Shown here piece after piece: positions 17,417 to 23,634 of a stretch of 23,634 nucleotides of DNA. The translations under genes and the position numbers were made by a program. The stretch is from contig JAEOTQ010000179.1 in the NCBI GenBank assembly GCA_016839785.1, positions 1-23,634 of the forward strand, written 5' to 3'. Under the pieces are notes generated by a model. The model worked only from the letters and a program-made list of their open reading frames with translations, ran no database searches and was not told the DNA's origin. The stretch is from Candidatus Hodarchaeota archaeon (GTDB taxonomy: Archaea > Asgardarchaeota > Heimdallarchaeia > Hodarchaeales > Hodarchaeaceae). Positions within the stretch are counted from its first letter, which is position 1. Each line of letters begins with the position of its first letter.

Positions 17417-18655
17417 TTATTTTCCACCAAGCTTTATTGAACTTTTCGCTAGTCTATGCTGTTCACCAATGAAACAATCTGTTCTAATTATTCGGCCGTC
17501 AAAATGAGTTTGTTCTAAATCAAATTTAAACGCAACTTCAAAAGAAAAGGTTTCACCCTCTGCTAATGAGCTAATCAGCTTCTCTTCTGTCCCTTGAGAA
17601 ATCTCGACTCCTTCTGGAACGTCAATTTTAATATTGATATTTTGTAATGAAATTTTTCCAATATTTTCAACAATAACTGAAACCAGGTATTCTAAATCTT
17701 CTTCGATAGTCTCAGCTTCCATTTTCAGATCCAAAGCAGGCTCTGCATCCTTTGCTTCGATCGTAAATCTATTTGAATTACTTGGATATTCACCATCTTC
17801 ATTTGGTATTTCGTAGGTCGCTATTAAGGGGCCAACCGTCCATTTTCCAGGTAAATTTGGTATTAAGGAAAAATTGATCGTGTAATTTTCTCCAGTACTG
17901 AGTTTCAGAGGTAATTCAGGGGTGGAAGTTGAGATCAATCGTCCTTGAGATCCAGTTCTCAAAAAGATTGAGCTTATTGAGATTGGTGCATGAGCAGTAA
18001 GAGATGTAGATAGCAAAAACTCGGACCCCTTCTCAATTATTTGATTTTTATCACCTAAAAATAGCTCCGATTTGCAAAGAGAACATCGTTGCATAATTTC
18101 TTCTGCTTTTACCTTAATTTTATCGAATTCATCTGGAATAGCAATTGTTGGTAGCGGTTCATGTTCTAAGAATGTATCTGATGAATGTATAAGAGTCCAT
18201 GCCAATTTTAAAGCTTTACCATAAGAATCAGTTAACGATTTTTTATTAGTTTCATAAATAGATGATAATTTTTCAAAATCCTTTTCTGAGAGATATATTA
18301 AAAATTGAAGATATCTAACTTGGTTTGGAGAAATTTTAGGTTTTTTACTCAAACGAATCATTTGTAGTGTTCGCTCAATGCTTTGAAATATATCTCTGTT
18401 CGGTCTATTCTTAGCGGTAACTCTCAATATTTGTTGATAATACAGTTCTGAGGCATTTTCAAACAATTTCGCTTTTTCTGCAGAAAGAGCCGCATTATCA
18501 AGAGCTAATAGCTTCATTTCTTCTGTATCAAATTGTTGATAAGCCTTATTAAATAATTTAAATGCTGTTTTAAAATTATTCCTTTCAAAGGCAAGACTTC
18601 CTTTCTCAAAATTAGTTTGAGGATCTACACCCAAGATTCGTCGAATAAAAGACAT
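17417..18655 (-). CDS. Cytosolic TPR/alpha-solenoid protein with two C-terminal Ig-like domains
   Basis: N-terminal TPR helices ('NFEKGSLAFERNNFKTAFKLFNKA', 'ALDNAALSAEKAKLFENASELYYQ'). Two Ig-like repeats ('KLSTGENYTINFSLIP..PGKWTVGP..ATY' and 'VENIGKISLQNINIKIDVPEG...ISSLAEGETFSFEVAF'). No signal peptide or TM helix. Confidence 0.75.
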   Translation of the reverse strand: MSFIRRILGVDPQTNFEKGSLAFERNNFKTAFKLFNKAYQQFDTEEMKLLALDNAALSAEKAKLFENASELYYQQILRVTAKNRPNRDIFQSIERTLQMIRLSKKPKISPNQVRYLQFLIYLSEKDFEKLSSIYETNKKSLTDSYGKALKLAWTLIHSSDTFLEHEPLPTIAIPDEFDKIKVKAEEIMQRCSLCKSELFLGDKNQIIEKGSEFLLSTSLTAHAPISISSIFLRTGSQGRLISTSTPELPLKLSTGENYTINFSLIPNLPGKWTVGPLIATYEIPNEDGEYPSNSNRFTIEAKDAEPALDLKMEAETIEEDLEYLVSVIVENIGKISLQNINIKIDVPEGVEISQGTEEKLISSLAEGETFSFEVAFKFDLEQTHFDGRIIRTDCFIGEQHRLAKSSIKLGGK

Positions 18656-18755
18656 ATAGCCACCATAACTCAGATTACTATCGAAAGGTCAAAAAAATCT
18701 GCTCCTTTTTAAAGTTCTCAGAAGGAGGGGAATCGTTGCTGGACAGGAAAAACTT

Positions 18756-19160
18756 CTATGAAGAACGAATGAATTCAATTAATTCTTTTTCTCGCTCTTT
18801 GAGAAGAGTAATTAGTTTTTCTTTCAATTTTTCTGCATTTTTTTCAGTCTTACCCAAGTCATAAATTCTACGAGAGAGTTCCATATCTCCTAATACATAA
18901 TTAATCCATAACGCAAGATCTGAACGAACAACTGGCCCATCTAATTGCTGGGGTTCGAAAATATCCTGAGTAGTTTCTCTAAAAACGTGAAATTGGGCAA
19001 TAGTTGCTGGAATTTCTGATAAAGTAGAAATTAACTCTGACAAATTGGTAATTGTAGCAATTGTTCTCCCCTGATTTCCAATGAATCGAAATGCAAGTTC
19101 AGGACTGCATTTTTTGAACATATCTTTAGCAGACGTATTAGAAATTTCCATTCCAGCCAT
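18756..19160 (-). CDS. DUF5752-like protein
   Basis: 'PELAFRF....TIATITNLSELISTLSEIP...AQFH...RSDLALWINYVLGDMELSRRI' fits the F.F...A.NL.EL...FH...DF..WI..LGD.ELA pattern. Confidence 0.7.
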   Translation of the reverse strand: MAGMEISNTSAKDMFKKCSPELAFRFIGNQGRTIATITNLSELISTLSEIPATIAQFHVFRETTQDIFEPQQLDGPVVRSDLALWINYVLGDMELSRRIYDLGKTEKNAEKLKEKLITLLKEREKELIEFIRSS

Positions 19161-19356
19161 TTTTGTTCACTGAGGGCCTCCGACTAATTCAGTTTATTAA
19201 ATATTTCCTTATTATTTTGCATTTAATTGCATTATATTGTGTTTTTTTGTCCATTAGTACCTTCTTCTATTATCTTTTCCTCCTCTCTAAACAATTTTTT
19301 TATATTTTGTTAAAAAGGGGTAATATTAGTTAATATATCAGCAGTTAGCTCTTTAA

Positions 19357-19390
19357 AAGTAAATTTACGCCTATAAAGCGTATATTACTT
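19357..19390. promoter_or_regulatory. Imperfect inverted repeat centred on a TATA-like core (candidate operator)
   Basis: AAGTAAATTTACGC-CTATAAA-GCGTATATTACTT: arms of 14 and 13 nt with one mismatch and one indel, in a divergent intergenic region. Confidence 0.45.
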
Positions 19391-19583
19391 GGAAAAAAGG
19401 ATGCACTATATATTTAGTCAGTTTAAATGATTAACAAACGATTTTATATTTAATTCTGGTTTAGAAAGAGCGTTGTACTGCTATTGCACCAATATTAGGT
19501 TATTTAAAAATCAGGTAAGTATAACCGATTGAAAACCAACATCAATGAATTACATTATAATTTTCAAGTAATAACAAAATACG

Positions 19584-19886
19584 TTGGTTGATGTACAAAT
19601 GACCCCTATACGCGAGATTGAATGGGAAATAGCAAAGGGAAAAGTTTTGGAAAATCAAAAGAATGCAGAATTAGCTAGTGTTTACGGAATTTCCCATGAA
19701 AATAATGTTTCACGTATCTATTCACGATTCATCGAAAAAATCGAGCAAACTGAAAAAGACCTTTTATTAGCAATTGAGCTCGGTCTATATACCCCAATTT
19801 GGTTAGATATTCACAAAAAATCTGACCCCTCAAATTCTCTTTTGAATTATTTGAAATCTGAATTGGAAAATGCAATTACGGATTGA
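19584..19886 (+). CDS. Small HTH DNA-binding protein (Tfx / sigma-70 region-4-like HTH)
   Basis: 'REIEWEIAKGKVLENQKNAELASVYGISHENNVSRIYSRFIEKIEQTEKDLLLAIELG' resembles the Tfx N-terminal HTH (EIA..LG.S..NVS.IE.R..EKI....L.LA.ELG). The start may be ATG 19599. Confidence 0.6.
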   Translation: MVDVQMTPIREIEWEIAKGKVLENQKNAELASVYGISHENNVSRIYSRFIEKIEQTEKDLLLAIELGLYTPIWLDIHKKSDPSNSLLNYLKSELENAITD

Positions 19887-21042
19887 ATTCATCAAGAATC
19901 TGTAGTACCTTATTTCTACTCTTTAAGATCTCTTTATTTACATTTTGACAGGTATCTGCAGTCCCATAAATAGCACATATGGGGTACTCATTGTAGGATA
20001 CGATCCCTGGTAAATTTCGTTGAGTTGCCAAATCAGGAGGGATTGTAGGCACTGGAGCTACCTTTGAAGAGTGAATTGGGATTTTAAAACCAAATAAAGG
20101 ATCCACTCTGAGTGGATTTTGATTTTTTTTCCCTTTCACTAGACGAGAGGTGAGATTATTGCCTACTTTCTCCATCCAGAGATCGATGTTCTCATCAGGC
20201 AAAACGTTGCAGGAAAAGGGTACAATTTGATCCTCAATTATACCAAAAAATATTGTAATAAGGCCAAACAATTTGAGCTGTTTAATCATTTGAACAAATG
20301 TGGATATTCCATTCGTACAAATAGAATTTTCAAGATCTGGGTAATAGGAATTTCTTTCAAGGTCATCCCAAAAAAATTTGTACCCATCTGGTGGTTTTAA
20401 TTCTTGAAATCCAAGGAAATTTACAAATTCATTGACAGAGAAAAAGCCTGCACATTTAATTTCTTGTATGGGTATAAAAATTCCCTCTGTTGCTAGGTTT
20501 TTATTAAATTTATCTCCAGTTTCCGATGTGATAAAAAATCGTTTCATTTCAGTAATAATTAATCCATCTCTGTAATGATCTGAGTTTTCTTTAAAATTTA
20601 CTTTCTTATAATATGAATCGAAGTTAGGAAATAGTGCAATTAACGCCTCAATAAATGTAAAGTCCGAAGATGTCTTTTCTAGGGATTCTTGGGTTGTTAG
20701 TGGGATTTCACATACCTTCCCGAGCTGATGAACTAAGTCAGGAAACTTATGAAATGGAGCAAGTGGAATTATCTGGTCGAATTCTTTCTCCTCTAACATG
20801 ACAATAGCTAGCTCGAACAGTAGATCTACTAAGGATTTCTGTTTTTTCCGATCAAGCGAGTAACCTGGAGCCTGTTTAACCACAGAAAATTTCCAATCAG
20901 AATAATTTCTTGTTTCCATGTTACCAAGAATATCCACAGCCCCTATTAGTGTATTCGGAACATAAATGTTCAATAGTTGAGCAATAGGGCCAGTTTCTCT
21001 TCCTATTACTAAAGTTCGGAGTGGAAACTTAGAATTCCTCAT
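19876..21042 (-). CDS. Divergent ATP-grasp-fold protein (COG2232-like), catalytic motifs degenerate
   Basis: N-terminal 'TLVIGRETGPIA...AVDILGNMET' and C-terminal 'LKLFGLITIFFGI...PFSCN', 'NLPG.....EYPICAIYG' follow the archaeal COG2232 layout. The canonical D and ExNPR residues are missing. Confidence 0.6.
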   Translation of the reverse strand: MRNSKFPLRTLVIGRETGPIAQLLNIYVPNTLIGAVDILGNMETRNYSDWKFSVVKQAPGYSLDRKKQKSLVDLLFELAIVMLEEKEFDQIIPLAPFHKFPDLVHQLGKVCEIPLTTQESLEKTSSDFTFIEALIALFPNFDSYYKKVNFKENSDHYRDGLIITEMKRFFITSETGDKFNKNLATEGIFIPIQEIKCAGFFSVNEFVNFLGFQELKPPDGYKFFWDDLERNSYYPDLENSICTNGISTFVQMIKQLKLFGLITIFFGIIEDQIVPFSCNVLPDENIDLWMEKVGNNLTSRLVKGKKNQNPLRVDPLFGFKIPIHSSKVAPVPTIPPDLATQRNLPGIVSYNEYPICAIYGTADTCQNVNKEILKSRNKVLQILDEFNP

Positions 21043-21108
21043 AATTCTCGGCTCGGATTATGATGCGAAATCAAGAGAATAGATCTAATTGTGAGGAATT
21101 CCCCTCAT

Positions 21109-21116
21109 TTTATAAA
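21109..21116. promoter_or_regulatory. Palindromic TATA box candidate in a divergent promoter
   Basis: TTTATAAA lies roughly midway between the divergent starts at 21042 and 21187, next to a small inverted repeat TGAGG-N6-CCTCA (21092-21107). Confidence 0.4.
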
Positions 21117-21186
21117 CCCCGTGACAATTAATTAGAATATCAGATAATTAGGTTTACCACATAACGAATAAATGGAATGGAGTTAA

Positions 21187-21879
21187 ATGAGCCACACTAG
21201 GGAAGATAAGAAACGCGTATGGCATTTACGAGTAATTATTTCTTATCTAAAAAATAATGGACACCGTATAGCGCATCATGCCCACTCTCGAACTGAAACA
21301 CCTCTTGCATCGCGAAACGATATAAAACCTGTTCTCCCACATATTAATGGGGAAACAGCAGATATTTTAACTCTTGATTCAGATAGTAAGAAAACTTTCG
21401 TTAAAGTGATTCAGAGCGATGAATTAATTGCCCATTTTCCTGCTGATCTTACTTTTACTGAGAGCATCTCGACTCTCAACGAATCAGGTACAGAAGGAAT
21501 CCACTATGTGTTTGTTACAAGTGGCATTTTCACCCCCTCTTTTCTAATCCCCAATTATTTGGAGCAATATCCGAATATTAGTAAATTATCTTTCTTAGAG
21601 ACCCGAATCGATCCGTCTATTCACAATATTGGGAATCCAACAATCTATCTACGGAAAGCAATTGGCCAAATAAGACATTTAGATACTACTTTTCAAGAAA
21701 ACCCTGAGGATGTATGTGAATGTGGAGGTTTGTTTTCCCAGGGTAAGTACAGTATTCGATATTGGAACAAGAAACACCAATTAAAATATTCAGTTTGTGA
21801 TAATTGCGGAATTCAGAAGGAAGATGCTGAGAATGCAAATTCAGTAATGAACTTTTTGATTGGATTAAGTGCAGAGTAG
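21187..21879 (+). CDS. Hypothetical protein with a C-terminal zinc ribbon and a possible degenerate PD-(D/E)xK-like N-terminal fold
   Basis: GGAG RBS. 'VCECGG...YSVCDNCG' (CxC...CxxC). The N-terminal 'ISYLKNNGHRI...TADILTLD...KTFVKVI' resembles restriction-endonuclease-fold strands, without the E of ExK. Confidence 0.6.
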   Translation: MSHTREDKKRVWHLRVIISYLKNNGHRIAHHAHSRTETPLASRNDIKPVLPHINGETADILTLDSDSKKTFVKVIQSDELIAHFPADLTFTESISTLNESGTEGIHYVFVTSGIFTPSFLIPNYLEQYPNISKLSFLETRIDPSIHNIGNPTIYLRKAIGQIRHLDTTFQENPEDVCECGGLFSQGKYSIRYWNKKHQLKYSVCDNCGIQKEDAENANSVMNFLIGLSAE

Positions 21880-22471
21880 GATAATCCGTTATAGATATTT
21901 GAAATTGAGAGTATTGAAGTAATAAGGCTGAATGTCAAATATCAGAATGTATGTAGATCTCGGAAATTCATGATTCGAATATCAATAAATGTGGAGAGGA
22001 GGGAAATTTATAACTACTCTGCAAGTACTTGGAAAAAAAAATTTTTGAGAAAAGGTGAAAGGAAGGCGGATTTGCGTTAATCATGAAGGGGGAGTATAAC
22101 GAATTAAGCCTTTCCTTTCTTATATGGAGCATATGCATCCTCAATTATAAATTTTCTTATATTACACATTCCCGTTTTTCCTAAAATAAATCCGACAATC
22201 TCCTTTTTTTATTTCGTAAGGAAAAATGTCATTTGTAAAGTAACTCTCTGAATTTTTGATACGAGCATATATGGCTAGTAGCTTTCAGTACAGTCATGAT
22301 GAAGTTGTGTGTTAGGTGCTAACCATATCAGTGAAACTAATAATAATTTGTAACAACAATCGAAATCATTTGTCCAAGCTTCGGTTAGAGCCTAAAATAA
22401 CCTTATTTTCGTTTATATCTGTTCTGTGATTATTGAATGAACTTTAAAGACAATAATCTTTCACTACGAAA

Positions 22472-23167
22472 TTAATTGCCGCTCAATCGTGCTTTCCAGT
22501 CAGATACTGATTGACTGATTTCTTTTTTGATATTTGAAACCGATTCAGAACTTGATGTCTTGTTTTGAATAACTTTTTGTAAGCGCTGGACATATCGATT
22601 CATTTCATAGGAAATTGTACCTGAATTGACTAAGGTGTAAAGGTCTTCTTTCGCTGCTCGGACAATACTGATTAAATCCTGGGAGGTTACTGCATTATTA
22701 ACTTTAGAAAGAAATGAATCAAAGAAGATATTCACTTTTCTTTGATCTGGACCTTCAATTGATCGCCTATCATTGATTTCAGTTGCAATACCCACAATTG
22801 CATTTGAAATAATTGGTTGTAATCGTAGCATTTCATGGGTTATGGTTGTTTCTAAGTTTTCATCGACAATTGCAGTCAATACAACTTTAGGATCAGAATC
22901 GATAACAGTTGATAGAAGCAATCCCCCTGTAGTTCGCACACTCATATTTACGAAATCCCCTGAAAGCTCTCGTGCAATTGTATCTCCAGTGGGAACAACC
23001 AAACTACTTAGAGCACTAAGAGCAGTTTCGCTATCAGCATCCTCAGACTCTAGACTTGATTGGGTTACCATTGGTAAACCAGACATATCAGAGAGTACAC
23101 AAATTTTCGCTCCTAGTTCAACAATAGAATTGATTAGCACAGATAAGGATTTTACATCAATACTCAT
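22472..23167 (-). CDS. Roadblock/LC7 domain protein with a C-terminal helical domain
   Basis: 'CVLSDMSGLPMVTQSS...TALSALSSLVVPTGDTIARELSGDFVNMSVRTTGGLLLSTVI...VVLTAIVD', followed by ~100 aa of helical sequence ending 'ISQSVSDWKARL'. Confidence 0.85.
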   Translation of the reverse strand: MSIDVKSLSVLINSIVELGAKICVLSDMSGLPMVTQSSLESEDADSETALSALSSLVVPTGDTIARELSGDFVNMSVRTTGGLLLSTVIDSDPKVVLTAIVDENLETTITHEMLRLQPIISNAIVGIATEINDRRSIEGPDQRKVNIFFDSFLSKVNNAVTSQDLISIVRAAKEDLYTLVNSGTISYEMNRYVQRLQKVIQNKTSSSESVSNIKKEISQSVSDWKARLSGN

Positions 23168-23634
23168 AGTTATCTCTTCCTAGATATTAGCGGGTCACTC
23201 ACCTAGAATAAAATCATAAAATTAAAAAAACCTTTGAAACACTTCTTCAGAAAATCTACAAAATTTAATTCAACAATTATCAGGTTCTAAATTTGAAACT
23301 AATGGTTTTATAATTTATTCTAGTATATAAAGGCTTGCAGAACGTTATATGGCAAGTTAGAGGATTAGAAAACCGTAAAAAGCTATTCGTGAATTTTCTT
23401 TTTGAATTCCAACTGAATAACAGTAGAAATAAAATTATTCGAATTTTAAAGCTCGAATAGATGTTATTGTCCTGTCCTTTTCTCCTAACAACACCAATCA
23501 ACCATGATCATTTTTGTCCGACAAAGTGACAGCTCGCGTATTCGATGACCTCTCACAGTCACAATCTTAAAAGGCCTCACACTCTTACTTCTTCAACTCC
23601 GAAGTGATGACAAAAAAATTATACCAACATCTGT

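Noticed and set aside
19876-19886. 11-nt convergent overlap of two stop regions
   Set aside because: Common in compact archaeal genomes; no special function is implied.
22081-22125. SECIS element (ATGA...AA)
   Set aside because: No properly placed 3' GA for the kink-turn core, and no adjacent ORF with evident in-frame UGA readthrough.
21968-22138. ~56-codon minus-strand ORF (MHMLHIRKERL...) in the large spacer
   Set aside because: No RBS or motif, and it runs through homopolymer tracts; probably spurious.
54-23183. Antisense or nested ORFs in the track (e.g. 54-332, 1940-2218, 3737-4111, 5708-6010, 9703-10056, 12397-12675, 17056-17430, 22773-23183)
   Set aside because: They shadow well-supported genes, show antisense-typical Ser/Phe/Ile bias, and have no recognisable motifs.
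23280-23501. 73-aa minus-strand ORF
   Set aside because: Non-ATG start, composition typical of AT-rich intergenic DNA, and no motif. It cannot be supported as a gene.
1-23634. tRNA, rRNA, CRISPR array or insertion sequence
   Set aside because: I saw no GC-rich cloverleaf or rRNA segment, no regularly spaced direct repeats, and no transposase or integrase ORF.

Overview
A gene-dense, AT-rich window from an archaeon, very probably an Asgard archaeon and plausibly Heimdallarchaeia/Hodarchaeales. Evidence for this: TFE, ArcS/RaSEA, an archaeal-type GGPP synthase, GGTGA/GGAG ribosome-binding sites, and three roadblock/longin-type proteins. The left half is mostly housekeeping: roadblock, TFE, GGPP synthase, HAD hydrolase, an archaeal coiled-coil protein, a Phr/HSR-type heat-shock regulator heading grpE-dnaK-dnaJ, and a translationally coupled arcS-raSEA pair. 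The right half (12.5-23.2 kb) is a run of poorly annotated genes. It holds a degenerate FtsZ/tubulin-fold domain fused to a longin/roadblock-like domain, a CINP/C1orf109-like protein, and a receptor-like membrane protein with three extracellular beta-repeats, three TM helices and a cytoplasmic HEPN (RxxxxH) RNase-like domain. It also holds a cytosolic TPR plus Ig-like protein, small HTH regulators and a degenerate ATP-grasp protein. The best candidates for undescribed biology are the transmembrane HEPN 'receptor RNase' and the pseudo-FtsZ-longin fusion. All family calls come from reading motifs by eye; no searches were run. I found no rRNA, tRNA, CRISPR array or mobile element.
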